Assembly: GCA_029548865.1 (NCBI GenBank)
Contig: JAKPMO010000002.1
Coordinates: forward strand, 192,001 to 256,000
Length of the DNA: 64,000 bases
From: Caldisericota bacterium
Lineage (GTDB): Bacteria > Caldisericota > Caldisericia > JAAYUI01
Direction: 5' to 3'
Position 1 is the first letter of the stretch, and each line of letters begins with the position of its first letter. The position numbers were made by a program, and so were the translations under genes. The notes under the pieces were generated by a model. That model did no database searches. It saw nothing but the letters and a program-made list of their open reading frames with translations, and was not told where the DNA came from. Shown here piece after piece: positions 19,394-29,821 of this stretch.

Positions 19394-19729
19394 GGAGTGA
19401 TTATAAAGACAGCGTTAGTCCGCAAAGGTAAAACACAGGCCTGGCTTGCATCAAAGCTGGGCCTTTCTTCTATGAGTGTTTACCGGATATGCAATGATCT
19501 GGTCAAGCCGAGACAGGACGTTCTTCTGGGGATGGCTGAAAACCTTGATCTTCCATCTGAGTTTCTCATAAAAACATGCATTCAGACACAGTATAAAACA
19601 TCAGAGGGGTTTGACCTTTCCAGAACAAAAAAGGTCCTCGAGCAACTTGCGCTCGAGGACCCCACGTTAAGCGCTGACAAGAAAGAGGCGCTATTTAAGG
19701 CCGCAATGGTTTTGTCTGAGATAGACTAG
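19385..19729 (+). CDS. XRE/HTH_3 family transcriptional regulator
   Basis: 'TQAWLASKLGLSSMSVYRICND...P' HTH; ATG 19385 chosen from promoter position. Confidence 0.8.
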   Translation: MTLGVIIKTALVRKGKTQAWLASKLGLSSMSVYRICNDLVKPRQDVLLGMAENLDLPSEFLIKTCIQTQYKTSEGFDLSRTKKVLEQLALEDPTLSADKKEALFKAAMVLSEID

Positions 19730-21207
19730 ATCACTTTCTGGATATCTGGATCAAGGGAGAGGAACTGGTCGAGCCAGGCCCTGCGCTCTTTTCTGAGAGA
19801 GTCATTCTTTGCTTTCAGCTCTTCAGGCGTGAAATAGTTTCTTGGGTCAAGCCTGTTTATGTCAACACCTTCACACTCTGAGAGGACTTCATACCCCCAA
19901 TAATCGTCCTTGCGCCACTTTACAGCGCCCCTTGCGATCTGTTTGAGAATTCCAACCGAGTCTGATATTCTGATCTTCTCTTTGTTGCCAATCTTGCCAG
20001 TGTTGAGGAGGAAGCATTGCATGTGTGGATTTTTTTTGAGAAGGTCCATGATATAGTTGCCTTCATCATCGAGTGGTCCGACAATAAATGGGTTTGTTCC
20101 CACTTCGCGCTTTGACTGGCCAGCTTTTGTTGGGTCTCCGGCTGATGTTTCGATTGACTCACCAAGCATGAAGAAGGCAGCTGCCTGCTCTGGAGACAGT
20201 TTTGCCACCGGCGGGACAATGTCGTCCCTGCGAGTGATGAAAACCACCATGTCGGTTTTTGGGATATCGATGCTGTTATCGGTGAATTTTATGTCAGAGC
20301 GCTGCACGACTGCTCTTCCATTTGTCCCTACATCGTAGTTGAGGAAATCGACTTTGCCGTTTTCTTCAACATGGATGTTCTCCAGGACAGCAGTTCTTGC
20401 CACGGCCGCGTTGTAAAGGACGGGCTGGCCAACCGGCTCAAGACCCTCTGTTTTGATGTAGAAGTTCTTTTCCGTTCCAACACACTTTGTGTCTGGATAA
20501 ATAATTACGACGTCATCCTGACGAATTGCCACACCCTCTTCGCCCTCAAGGAAATGGTGATGGCAGGTGAGGGTTGTCTTGCCTGTTCCAGAAAGACCAA
20601 ACAGGATTATTCCCTTTTCGACGAGCTTTCCGTTGACGTCCTTGACCTTGATCATCTTTGAACCTGCATGAAGACCGAGTCCGCCATCCTGCTTGCCGCG
20701 ATACATTGTCATCCTGAGGAATGATTTTTTGACCTCTCCAAAATAGTCCGTCCCCAGAACATAAGTCACACCATCGAGCGCATTTACTATGACCTTTCTT
20801 TCCGGCCATTCCGGGACATCAACTGTTGTGAGGAAAGGACGATCGAGTTTTGTTGGCGGGAAGAGCAGGTTCTGCCACATATAAGGAACTCTGGCGTATG
20901 GTTTTGTGATGTAGAGCCTGCAGGGAATCTGGTGGCCCGGTGTCTGGCACATCGTTCGCTCGGTATAGATGACTTCTTTGTCTTTCAGATACTCTCTTAC
21001 CTTCAAAATAGTCTCTACCTGTGATTTGGTTGGCTCAATTCCAACTATTTCTGTGAATTTTGCCGACCTATTCCTGATTTTTGTAACATAGGAAGCGGAA
21101 CCAAATTCAGTGGTTCTCTCATCTTTCCTGGCCATTTCCCTCAGCTCGTCCGGACCCAGTCCGGCAATTAGACGCCCCACTTGAAGGGGTTTAGTAAAAA
21201 TGTCCAT
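19726..21207 (-). CDS. pckA: Phosphoenolpyruvate carboxykinase (ATP)
   Basis: 'YFGEVKKS', 'LHAG', 'FGLSGTGKTT', 'QDD', 'NGR', 'LNTG'. Confidence 0.88.
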   Translation of the reverse strand: MDIFTKPLQVGRLIAGLGPDELREMARKDERTTEFGSASYVTKIRNRSAKFTEIVGIEPTKSQVETILKVREYLKDKEVIYTERTMCQTPGHQIPCRLYITKPYARVPYMWQNLLFPPTKLDRPFLTTVDVPEWPERKVIVNALDGVTYVLGTDYFGEVKKSFLRMTMYRGKQDGGLGLHAGSKMIKVKDVNGKLVEKGIILFGLSGTGKTTLTCHHHFLEGEEGVAIRQDDVVIIYPDTKCVGTEKNFYIKTEGLEPVGQPVLYNAAVARTAVLENIHVEENGKVDFLNYDVGTNGRAVVQRSDIKFTDNSIDIPKTDMVVFITRRDDIVPPVAKLSPEQAAAFFMLGESIETSAGDPTKAGQSKREVGTNPFIVGPLDDEGNYIMDLLKKNPHMQCFLLNTGKIGNKEKIRISDSVGILKQIARGAVKWRKDDYWGYEVLSECEGVDINRLDPRNYFTPEELKAKNDSLRKERRAWLDQFLSLDPDIQKVI

Positions 21208-21221
21208 CGTTCCTCCTAAAT

Positions 21222-21617
21222 CTATTTTTTGTCTTTCACAACAGAATTGATGAATTCAACTACTTTTGAGGTTGGCGTTCCAGGGCCAAAAACTGCCGAA
21301 ACACCAATTTTCTTTAGTTCCTCAGCATCGTCGGCTGGTATGATTCCGCCCACGAAAAGCGGTTTCCCCCAGATGCCGTTTTCTTTCATCTTTTCAATGA
21401 TTCTTGGCACAATGGACATGTGCGCACCAGAAAGGATTGATACACCTATGACATCAACATCTTCCTGTATTGCTGCCCTTATGATCATTTCAGGTGTCTG
21501 GTGAAGGCCGGTGTAAACAACCTCCATCCCAGCATTGCGAAGAGCTTGGGCGATTACCTTGGCGCCCCTGTCGTGGCCGTCGAGACCAGGTTTAGCAATT
21601 ATGACCTTTATTGCCAT
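21222..21617 (-). CDS. Cobalamin-binding subunit of acyl-CoA (methylmalonyl-CoA-type) mutase
   Basis: '[12 protein letters not shown]', 'SILSGAH', 'GGIIP'. Confidence 0.92.
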   Translation of the reverse strand: MAIKVIIAKPGLDGHDRGAKVIAQALRNAGMEVVYTGLHQTPEMIIRAAIQEDVDVIGVSILSGAHMSIVPRIIEKMKENGIWGKPLFVGGIIPADDAEELKKIGVSAVFGPGTPTSKVVEFINSVVKDKK

Positions 21618-22540
21618 GGTTCCTCCATTTTATTTTTCCACAAAGTTTTGGCAACAGTCCACGGTGGGATATCCTCGCCGAAAGACTTTTGGATATATTT
21701 TTTTCTTTCCGGCTCAAGCGCTTTGTCAAAAACAAAACTTCCAAGCCAGAAATCTATTTCTGAAAAATACCTTTCTATACATTTTTTGCTTCTCTCATCG
21801 TTTTTTATCAAATGCTCCATGTGTTTTTTTATTTGCGTATAGAGTTCTGATATACCGATGCTTTCTTTGGCTATGGTTTTAACTATTGGAGGTGCCCAAT
21901 CTCTTGATGACAAGCCAAGTCCAAATGTCAGATCGGCTTCCATGACATCGCCACCAGGCCGATCTGTTTTGTTGATGCAAAAGATGTCTGCGCCCTCAAG
22001 GAGCCCAGCCTTCATCATCTGTATGGAATCGCCTGACTCTGGCGTTATTATCACGACAACCGTGTCGGTTTTTGAGACAACATCAACTTCTGTTTGGCCA
22101 ACGCCAACAGTTTCTATGAGGATCACGGGATAGCCGCAGAAATCCAGGAAGTCAGCAACGATGGAGGTTGTTGGTGCCAATCCACCAAAATTTCCCCTGG
22201 TTGCCATTGATCTGATGAATACGCCAGGATCAGTGAAATGGTCAACCATCCTTGTCCTGTCTCCAAGGAGCGCGCCATGGGTGTAGGGAGAGCTTGGATC
22301 ACAAGCAACAACGGCACACTTTGAGCCAGCCCTTCTGACCTCCGTGATGAGTTTTGAAACCACCGTGCTCTTGCCTGCCCCTGGTGGCCCCGTAATGCCG
22401 ATTCTGTGGGCATTGCCAATGCAATGGTAGGAATCACCAAAAATAATCTCGGGGTTTTTGCCGTTTTCCAGGTATGTTATTATTTCAGCTTGGGCCTGAT
22501 GATTGCCAGCTTTTGCCCTTTCAACAGTTTCAGTATTCAA
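21608..22540 (-). CDS. meaB: Mutase-associated GTPase MeaB/ArgK
   Basis: '[12 protein letters not shown]', '[10 protein letters not shown]', 'ETVGVGQ', 'NKTD'; probable TTG start 22540. Confidence 0.9.
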   Translation of the reverse strand: MNTETVERAKAGNHQAQAEIITYLENGKNPEIIFGDSYHCIGNAHRIGITGPPGAGKSTVVSKLITEVRRAGSKCAVVACDPSSPYTHGALLGDRTRMVDHFTDPGVFIRSMATRGNFGGLAPTTSIVADFLDFCGYPVILIETVGVGQTEVDVVSKTDTVVVIITPESGDSIQMMKAGLLEGADIFCINKTDRPGGDVMEADLTFGLGLSSRDWAPPIVKTIAKESIGISELYTQIKKHMEHLIKNDERSKKCIERYFSEIDFWLGSFVFDKALEPERKKYIQKSFGEDIPPWTVAKTLWKNKMEEPWQ

Positions 22541-23051
22541 TGCCTTCCCTCGCCTCAAGATTTTGTGTTTTGAAATAATGTTTTATTTCTTTCATTTCAG
22601 TAACAAGGTCTGCCATTTCAATGATTTCCGGATGGGCGTATCTTCCAGTCAAGACCATCTCGGTCCCAGGGTATTTATCAAGCAACATTTTTTTGGTTTC
22701 TTCAAGGCTTATCAGGCCAAAATATATGGCTACGTTTATTTCATCGGCAACTATGATGTCCCATTCTCCAGAAGCAGTTGCTTTTTTCAGAAAGGAAAGC
22801 CCTTCCTTTGCGAGCCCGATATCTATAGGATCAGGATTTTTGGGATCAACAAATGATGGCCTTCCAAATTGCAGGACCGTGATGCCCAGCACTCGCGAAG
22901 ATTCAAGCTCACCGTAATCCTCTGATCCTTTCATGAACTGGACAAACAAGACACTTTTTTTGTGCCCTCTTGCCCTCATCGCCAGCCCGAAGGCACATGT
23001 TGTCTTGCCTTTGCCACAGCCGGTGTAAACTTGAATTTTTCCAAGGCTCAT
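22530..23051 (-). CDS. cobO: Cob(I)alamin adenosyltransferase (CobO/BtuR type)
   Basis: 'YTGCGKGKTT', 'QFMKG', 'DEI', 'LTGR', 'AREGIEY'. Confidence 0.92.
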   Translation of the reverse strand: MSLGKIQVYTGCGKGKTTCAFGLAMRARGHKKSVLFVQFMKGSEDYGELESSRVLGITVLQFGRPSFVDPKNPDPIDIGLAKEGLSFLKKATASGEWDIIVADEINVAIYFGLISLEETKKMLLDKYPGTEMVLTGRYAHPEIIEMADLVTEMKEIKHYFKTQNLEAREGIEY

Positions 23052-23130
23052 TGGTCTCAATCATAGGCCCACAAATGCACCTGTCAACTCAATACTTGAT
23101 TTGATCTGGCTAGGGTCTAGAATCTTTCTT

Positions 23131-23538
23131 GTGCCAAAAAGCAAGGCAAAAAAAATTACTATTGCCACCGGAAGGATAATGGTTTTTCTGGCTGTGCTTG
23201 CAGTGTTGTATTTTTTGCTCAGGCCCATAGCCCAGATTGATTACAGGGTTGCGAATTTGCTTACTGAAGCAAAAACCCTAGACGAATCCATTAACTCGCT
23301 TAAAAACGACATAAATACTGCTAAAAATGAGCTTGACATTAATCCGGGTGTTTACGAACGGCTGGCCAGAGAACAGTGGCAAATGGTCCATCCTGGTGAG
23401 ATGATATATATCTGCAAGGATGATGAAGGTAACAACATCTTATCGCAATCTAATCTTATATTCAGGGAAAGAACTGAGCAAAAAAAACCCAATCCATTTG
23501 TGATGCTTTGGAACTGGATTTTATCTTTATTTAGATAA
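23131..23538 (+). CDS. ftsB: Septum formation initiator (FtsB/DivIC family)
   Basis: TM helix, coiled coil, 'ERLAREQWQMVHPGE'; probable GTG start 23131. Confidence 0.72.
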   Translation: MPKSKAKKITIATGRIMVFLAVLAVLYFLLRPIAQIDYRVANLLTEAKTLDESINSLKNDINTAKNELDINPGVYERLAREQWQMVHPGEMIYICKDDEGNNILSQSNLIFRERTEQKKPNPFVMLWNWILSLFR

Positions 23539-23588
23539 AGCCCTTGTGTTTCGGGTAGATTTCATTAACATTTTTTGGAGTGCATTAG

Positions 23589-23664
23589 GGCGAGGTAGCT
23601 CAGCGGTCAGAGCACGCGGCTCATACCCGCGGTGTCGTGGGTCCGATTCCCACCCTCGCCACCA
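23589..23664 (+). tRNA. tRNA-Met (CAT), elongator type
   Basis: Cloverleaf: acceptor GGCGAGG/CCTCGCC, D stem GCTC/GAGC, anticodon stem CGCGG/CCGCG with loop CTCATAC, T stem GTGGG/CCCAC, encoded ACCA. Confidence 0.93.
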
Positions 23665-23756
23665 TTTGTCTGGGTGATTCTGTCGTTAGGTTGTCGTTTT
23701 TTTGTTCACATCTAGCTATTGCATTTTTTTAATTGTTAGTATAGGATTTGGGCAAG

Positions 23757-24137
23757 ATGGCAAAACAAACAATGACGACTTTAGGAGAGTTTCTTAATCA
23801 GCAGCGGTTGCAAAAGAAAGTTACCTTCGCAGAACTTGCCAAGTCTTGCAGCATGGCTACGCCAACAATATGGAAAGTAATAAAAGACAAAGCAAGGCCC
23901 AAAGATTTGACACTCCAGGCGCTTTCTGAATCGCTGAACATTCCTTTGCAGGAATTATTCAGGATAAGGGACAAAACCCGCTACCCGTCCACCAAGAGAA
24001 GAACAAGAAGGGCCGCAGAAGAGATCTATCAAAATCAGTCAATTGGAAAAGAAGAACTAATGGAACTTATACAAAACTCCAAGATTTCCAACCAGACGAT
24101 TGAGGCAGTCTACGACCTGATCCAATCGATAGGCTGA
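23757..24137 (+). CDS. XRE/HTH family transcriptional regulator
   Basis: 'TFAELAKSCSMATPTIWKV...P...LQALSESLNIP..ELF'. Confidence 0.75.
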   Translation: MAKQTMTTLGEFLNQQRLQKKVTFAELAKSCSMATPTIWKVIKDKARPKDLTLQALSESLNIPLQELFRIRDKTRYPSTKRRTRRAAEEIYQNQSIGKEELMELIQNSKISNQTIEAVYDLIQSIG

Positions 24138-27100
24138 TTAGTTCTCGGTTTTGATTCCCAAACGATTGCTGAAATTTTTTAGCTCTCTTTCGAGTATTGC
24201 AGTATTTTCTGATGATTCTGCTTTGTCTTCCAATCTTAATGATGATTCAAGATCAGTGATTATTCTAAAAAGATCTTCATCATAGGCCATCCCTTTTATT
24301 TCATGGGCGCATTTTGATGCTTTTTTGAGATCGTTTTCCTGTATGTGTTGTTTTATTTCTTTGATATTTTTTAGGCTTCCTGTAATATATTCCGCCATCA
24401 TCTCTTTTAATCTGGTTTTTTCTATCAACAGCTTCTCAGACAAGCATGACAGGGCATCTTTTTTTGATTCGGGGCTGGTTTTTGAGATTGCCTGTGCCAT
24501 TCCTGTGACCAAGTCGGCTATTTTTATCGGTTTTGACAGATAGCCATCCATCCCGCCTTCGAGGCATTTCTTTTTGTCATCCTCGGTGGCAAAAGCTGTT
24601 AACGCTATGATCGGCAATCTGGGTCCATGTTCCTTGTCTTCGTTGTATCTTATCTGCATTGTTGCGTCCAGCCCGGACAAGTCGGGCATCTGGATGTCCA
24701 TCAGGCAAACATCAAAATGGTTTTTGAGTGCCAGATTGACGGCAGCAAGGCTGGAGGTCGCAGAAACCATTTCGCAATGGATTGTTTTGGAAATTTCCTC
24801 CAGGAGGGCGATGTTCATCTTGTTGTCTTCGACCAGCAGGATCTTTTTATCCTCGATAGTCTTTAATGCTATTTCGTAGTTCCATGGGTAGAGCTTTGCG
24901 AGAGAAAAATAGATCGATTTTATAAAATCATCCTTGTTCGATTTGTTGCTGGCAAAACACGGAATGTCCTTTCCTATCGTTAATATGTTGCACTCTTTTG
25001 ACCATTTCTCAGACTGTTCGTCGTTTTTGGGGTTTTCTGTAATGATTAATCCTGATCCTTCAACCCAAATTGACTCCTCAACTGCTATGCCGACTTTTGC
25101 TAGGAGATTTGCAACAAGCTCTTTCAATTGCGGGGAGCTGATATGCAAGAATGCCCTGACCGGTGTTTGAATATTTTGTATAGTGGCACCTTCAGCCTTT
25201 GATAATGAGAGACCTATTACGAACGTGGTTCCATTTTTCTCATTTTCTATTGCCTTTATCGTTCCACCCATTGCATCCAGGATTCCCCTTGTGATTGCAA
25301 GGCCGAGTCCTGTTCCGCCAAAACGCCTGGAATATGACCCATCAACTTGCATGAACGCCTGGAATATTTTTTCCCTCATCTCCCAAGGGATTCCTATACC
25401 AGTATCACTTACTGAAATCTCGTAATCAATTTTTGATTTGGTCTCTTTTTTTGCTGCCACCTTGATTTCAATGTGGCCCTTTTTTGTGAATTTTGCTGCA
25501 TTATCAAGCAGATTCACCATCACTTGCCTGAGTTTTGGTGAATCAATGAGGCAGATCTTGTCAGAGCCAGCTCCAAATTCTACTTCTATTGAATTTTTTG
25601 AGAGTTCAGCTTTTGGTTTTACCAACAAAACAGATTCTTCCACAATATTTTTGATGCTGCCTGGGACAAGTGAAAGTTTCAGTTTCCCAGCCTCTATTTT
25701 TGTAATGTCCAAAATATCTGCGGTGATTGTGTTGATGGCATTTGCTGCCGTTGTGATGGCTGAGAGATAATTGCCAGATTCAGGTGAATTTGCATTTCTC
25801 TCAAGGAGCTCGACAAAACCAAGCAGTGCGTTCAGCGGAGTTCTGATCTCATGCGACATGTTTGCCAGAAATTCACTTTTTGCCCTGTTTGCTTCCTCGG
25901 CCATTTTTTTGGCCTCTTCGAGCTGGACCATAAATTCCCTTTGCTCTGTAATGTCGTGGGCCAAAATGAGTACCTGGTCATTACTATAAGGGACAGCCCT
26001 GGCTTCCCTGTATATTGTTTTGTTGTTTGTGTCCACCGAGTACTGGTAGATTTTCGTGGCACCTTCAACTATCGCTTTTTCAAGATTTTCCCTGGTTATT
26101 TTTGCAATGTTTTCTGGCAGGATTTCCTCAAGGGCCTTTCCTTTTGCATCAATGGGCATTATCAGGTCGCTTGCGTTGTCTGCTTTGTAATCAATGAGCT
26201 TTCCTGAAAAATCCACCCTAAAGATCATTTCTGGAATTGCCCTTAGGATTGCCCTGTTCTCGGATTCCCTTCTTCCCAGCTCCTCTTCATTGCGTTTGTT
26301 GTCAATGAAAGCCCCAATTGTTGCGGCCATGGTTTCCAATATTGATTCGTCGCTTTTTCTCCAGATCCTCTCATAGTTGAAATCGCTAAAACTAATTCCA
26401 CCCCAAAACTTTTTATCAACAAATATTGGCACTACAATAAAAGAAGAGATTTCCCTTTCCTCAAAAAATAGTTTTTCCCTGTCAGGCAGTTCCCTGACCA
26501 ATTTTTTTATTGTCTTCCCTTGGGACAGGGTATTAAAAAATTGCTCAAAATCAGGTTGAATTATGGCAATGCGCTTATTTTGTTGTGTAGTATTTGGTTT
26601 GTTCTTTCGCCATTCACCCAGCACAGAAACAACCAGTTTGCCAGACTCTTCATCTTTTATGAACTGGCTGAGATTTACCATGCCTATATCTGTTGATTCG
26701 CCGAGTGCGCCTATTGCCTGGGAAAGTGCCTCTTCGAGCGGGCCTTTTGTCATTAGCCTGTTGGTGGCGTTTGCAACACCCCTGAAGAGCCTTTCATGTA
26801 TGTCAGGATCAAACCTGGTTTTGTATCTCCTGGATTCATTGGCCATTGTTATGGAAAGCAGCGTCCTAACGTGTTCCAGCATTATCTTTTCATCATTGGT
26901 GGGGGTACGTCTTCTTGTGTCGAACATTACAAGGTCCCCCAGAATCAGATTGGAGACACTCAAAGGAAGTATTACGGCACCCTTGATTCCGTAGAGCTTT
27001 GCCAGTTTGTCCATTGGCCTTCGGATCATCGGTTCGTCCCAGAAATCGAAATTATCGCCCTTGTGGTATTCATTTTGCCACAGGCGAATTATTTCCATGG

Positions 27101-27272
27101 CATCGCTTGGCATGTTGTAGTGGATTACTGGCCCGATTTCTGAATCTATCGGAATAACAACACCTGACATGAAACCCATTGTGGAGCAGGCCACTTCAAG
27201 CGTCTTGGCGACAAACTTGTCAATTTCGAGTGATGGATCAATTGCAGATATTGCTTTGTAGAAATCTATCAT
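24138..27272 (-). CDS. Hybrid sensor histidine kinase (GAF-GAF-PAS-HisKA-HATPase-REC-Hpt)
   Basis: 'FLANMSHEIRTPLN', 'NLLDNAAKFT', 'DTGIG', 'LMDIQMPD', 'AHEIKG'; ATG 27272 overlaps the upstream TGA. Confidence 0.92.
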   Translation of the reverse strand: MIDFYKAISAIDPSLEIDKFVAKTLEVACSTMGFMSGVVIPIDSEIGPVIHYNMPSDAMEIIRLWQNEYHKGDNFDFWDEPMIRRPMDKLAKLYGIKGAVILPLSVSNLILGDLVMFDTRRRTPTNDEKIMLEHVRTLLSITMANESRRYKTRFDPDIHERLFRGVANATNRLMTKGPLEEALSQAIGALGESTDIGMVNLSQFIKDEESGKLVVSVLGEWRKNKPNTTQQNKRIAIIQPDFEQFFNTLSQGKTIKKLVRELPDREKLFFEEREISSFIVVPIFVDKKFWGGISFSDFNYERIWRKSDESILETMAATIGAFIDNKRNEEELGRRESENRAILRAIPEMIFRVDFSGKLIDYKADNASDLIMPIDAKGKALEEILPENIAKITRENLEKAIVEGATKIYQYSVDTNNKTIYREARAVPYSNDQVLILAHDITEQREFMVQLEEAKKMAEEANRAKSEFLANMSHEIRTPLNALLGFVELLERNANSPESGNYLSAITTAANAINTITADILDITKIEAGKLKLSLVPGSIKNIVEESVLLVKPKAELSKNSIEVEFGAGSDKICLIDSPKLRQVMVNLLDNAAKFTKKGHIEIKVAAKKETKSKIDYEISVSDTGIGIPWEMREKIFQAFMQVDGSYSRRFGGTGLGLAITRGILDAMGGTIKAIENEKNGTTFVIGLSLSKAEGATIQNIQTPVRAFLHISSPQLKELVANLLAKVGIAVEESIWVEGSGLIITENPKNDEQSEKWSKECNILTIGKDIPCFASNKSNKDDFIKSIYFSLAKLYPWNYEIALKTIEDKKILLVEDNKMNIALLEEISKTIHCEMVSATSSLAAVNLALKNHFDVCLMDIQMPDLSGLDATMQIRYNEDKEHGPRLPIIALTAFATEDDKKKCLEGGMDGYLSKPIKIADLVTGMAQAISKTSPESKKDALSCLSEKLLIEKTRLKEMMAEYITGSLKNIKEIKQHIQENDLKKASKCAHEIKGMAYDEDLFRIITDLESSLRLEDKAESSENTAILERELKNFSNRLGIKTEN

Positions 27273-29821
27273 TGTCCCAGATAAGTTTCTTTTGGTTCTG
27301 CAAGAATTGTGGCCGTTCTGGTTTGCGCGTTCCACTCGACCCCAAATCCAAGCAGAGTCGATGCTGCCCTGAGTGGGATGAGGGTTCTTCCGTCAACAAT
27401 GAGCGGAGCATTCGTCAAAGTGACCTCCTCCGTATCGACAATGGCTTTTTTTGAGTTTATCACAAGATTCACATGTTTTGAAACTGCAACCAGCGAAACT
27501 GTTTTTGTTTTGGCGTCCCAGAGCGCTTTTCCACCCAAGGGCTCAACCAGATACCTTGCCGGTATATATGTGGAACCACCGATTATCTTGGGTTCAACAG
27601 TCATCTGGAGCTTTTCTTCCCCGAACTTCAATTCTTTGGAGCCGACCACAAAATCTATTTTATATGATGTCTTGAAAGGCGCAACTTTTTCACCGCCAGA
27701 GAGCCATGAAATGAACCCGATTACCTTTTCTCTGAACAATGCCATTTTGGCAGGATCAAGGACAAGCGAAAGTAGTCTCAATGATTGCCAGTTTCCGGTT
27801 CCAAGGGCTTCTGTCATTAGAGAGCCTGCTTTGACTGCTGAATCACCTTTGGACACCATCATTTTTGTATTCAACAGATCAAGCAATTGCCTGTCTTTAA
27901 GGCCCTCCAGCAAACACTCCCACCTGATGGAATGGAAGACATTGTATGATTCGTTTACATATGTCCACATTGAGTCGCCTGGCGTGTAGGAGCCATCGCC
28001 AAGCATCTGGTCAAAATCATTAAAGGGGTCTCCGTAATATTGCTGGTAGTTGCCAAAAGAAAGATATTTCAATCCATGTGTATAAGCGTAGGCACCGGCA
28101 AAAACTCTCGACTGGTGGGCCATTCCCCAGTGGGGCGATGGCTGGAAATTTACAATCACACCTTCGGGGAGTTTCCCTTGCCGTTGGATGACTGTATAGT
28201 CAATGACTGCCCAGTCAATTATTGGGAAATCAACCTGGGACTGGTCCGGCCACAATGTGAAGTGGCAGGCCGTTCTTGGCGTGGCGTTGATGGATGTGGC
28301 TATGGAAAACATTTCTTTTTGGCCATCATCGAGTTCGCTTGTGGTTTTTCCGATGTAGATTATAGGCTCAAGGCCAATCTTCCTTATGGTTGACAGCGAC
28401 TGCTCAAGTGACCTTGAAAGCTCGGATTTCAGTTCTTCTGGGGCTGATTTTTTTGCCAGCCCGTAGGCCTCGGTGATGTCCATGAAAAACCTGTTGAAGC
28501 CTGATGAAGAGGCCATTTTTGCAAGGTTTTCCAGTTTTGGCAGGTCCGGCATGTATGGTGGGTCAGAAACAAGCGGTACCGGCAAAACAACTGAATTCAC
28601 GCCTCTTGATGCCATTTCATCAAAGTCCGATTTGTAGCGCTTCCAGCCATCATCAGGGGAAACTTTTCCTTTTTGGACAAGCTTTATGTGGTTTGTGGCC
28701 TGGAACATCAGGCATTCCGGGTTTTTGGGGAGGTCGAGGTTCCATGCCCTAAGATTGATGGGCAGATAGAGGTCTTCGGTTGCGGCATTCTTGATTTTCA
28801 GGAGTCCCTTGAATATTCCTTCCTGGGATTGCTCGGGTAGGCTGAATTTTAGCCAGAAAAAGCCTGTCCTGCCTTCTGGTATCACAAGTTTTGAGTCTTT
28901 TGAGATATACTCGGCCATTTCAACTTTTTCGCTGACCGGCCCATTGATATTGAACCGTTTTTTCATGTATGAGACGGTGAAAAATTCAACATTTGCCTGC
29001 GCATTTCCCGAAACCAGCGGTTTATTGAGGGAAATCTCCACATCACCCAGGTTTACTCCACCAGTGATGGCGAGGACGAATGGTTCGGAGTGGCCCCTTA
29101 ACACATTCACATCGATTTTGGAGATGATGGATGATTTTGACGGTTGCAGGGTATTCTTGAAAACTGAAGTAATTGGCAGTGTCCAGAACATTACCTTTTC
29201 GGTGTAAAAAGTTTCAGGTGCAAACTCTGGGTTTGAATCCTGCGGCCTCCATTTGCCGTTGCCAATGTACATGGCATCGATTTTTATTTTGAACGGTTTT
29301 GATGCGTCTATAAGCATCCTCAGTTTGTACCTGGCCGGTAGCCCGTAATCCATCCCATCCGAGACCCCGAAGCGCTCCCACTGAAAACCATTACCGTATG
29401 TATTGCCTTTTTCAATGAAAACTGATTGCCTGTTTTGTGTTTTTGGTGACTGGGTATCAAGGTTTTCTGCCTCGAAGACAACTTCTGGCTTTTCACCAGC
29501 AACTGACCATGAAAGCCAGAGCTCCTCGAATGAGCAGATATTTTTTGAATCGACCATAAATTCTATGGGCAGATATTTCGAATCTGGTGTGAGCTTTGTG
29601 CCTTGCCCACCTGGTTTATAGTCGACAGAGAGATAGGTCGAGCTTGAGGCCTCTGGGTCAAAGCCGGAAGCAAAGGTGCAGTATAAATCGTAGGTGCCTG
29701 CGTAGGACATCTGGGTATCTTCCACCCACACACCGTTTGTGCCTGATGGTGAACTGAAGCTGGATGGGCAATATGGAAAGATTGTGACCAGAACAGTGGC
29801 AATGGCAAGTGTTCGTTTCAT
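27269..29821 (-). CDS. Secreted protein with putative glycoside-hydrolase-like core and C-terminal copper amine oxidase N-terminal (stalk) domain
   Basis: Signal peptide; 'SIRWECLLEGLKD' (DUF4091/GH123-like); 'GSTYIPARYLVEPLG' and 'GRTLIPLRA' stalk repeats. Confidence 0.65.
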   Translation of the reverse strand: MKRTLAIATVLVTIFPYCPSSFSSPSGTNGVWVEDTQMSYAGTYDLYCTFASGFDPEASSSTYLSVDYKPGGQGTKLTPDSKYLPIEFMVDSKNICSFEELWLSWSVAGEKPEVVFEAENLDTQSPKTQNRQSVFIEKGNTYGNGFQWERFGVSDGMDYGLPARYKLRMLIDASKPFKIKIDAMYIGNGKWRPQDSNPEFAPETFYTEKVMFWTLPITSVFKNTLQPSKSSIISKIDVNVLRGHSEPFVLAITGGVNLGDVEISLNKPLVSGNAQANVEFFTVSYMKKRFNINGPVSEKVEMAEYISKDSKLVIPEGRTGFFWLKFSLPEQSQEGIFKGLLKIKNAATEDLYLPINLRAWNLDLPKNPECLMFQATNHIKLVQKGKVSPDDGWKRYKSDFDEMASRGVNSVVLPVPLVSDPPYMPDLPKLENLAKMASSSGFNRFFMDITEAYGLAKKSAPEELKSELSRSLEQSLSTIRKIGLEPIIYIGKTTSELDDGQKEMFSIATSINATPRTACHFTLWPDQSQVDFPIIDWAVIDYTVIQRQGKLPEGVIVNFQPSPHWGMAHQSRVFAGAYAYTHGLKYLSFGNYQQYYGDPFNDFDQMLGDGSYTPGDSMWTYVNESYNVFHSIRWECLLEGLKDRQLLDLLNTKMMVSKGDSAVKAGSLMTEALGTGNWQSLRLLSLVLDPAKMALFREKVIGFISWLSGGEKVAPFKTSYKIDFVVGSKELKFGEEKLQMTVEPKIIGGSTYIPARYLVEPLGGKALWDAKTKTVSLVAVSKHVNLVINSKKAIVDTEEVTLTNAPLIVDGRTLIPLRAASTLLGFGVEWNAQTRTATILAEPKETYLGQ

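Noticed and set aside
23052..23130. Cobalamin riboswitch upstream of cobO
   Set aside because: 79-bp gap is filled by two divergent promoters; no B12 box
23589..27272. tRNA followed by an XRE gene as a possible island or prophage boundary
   Set aside because: No integrase, phage genes or repeated tRNA 3' end seen
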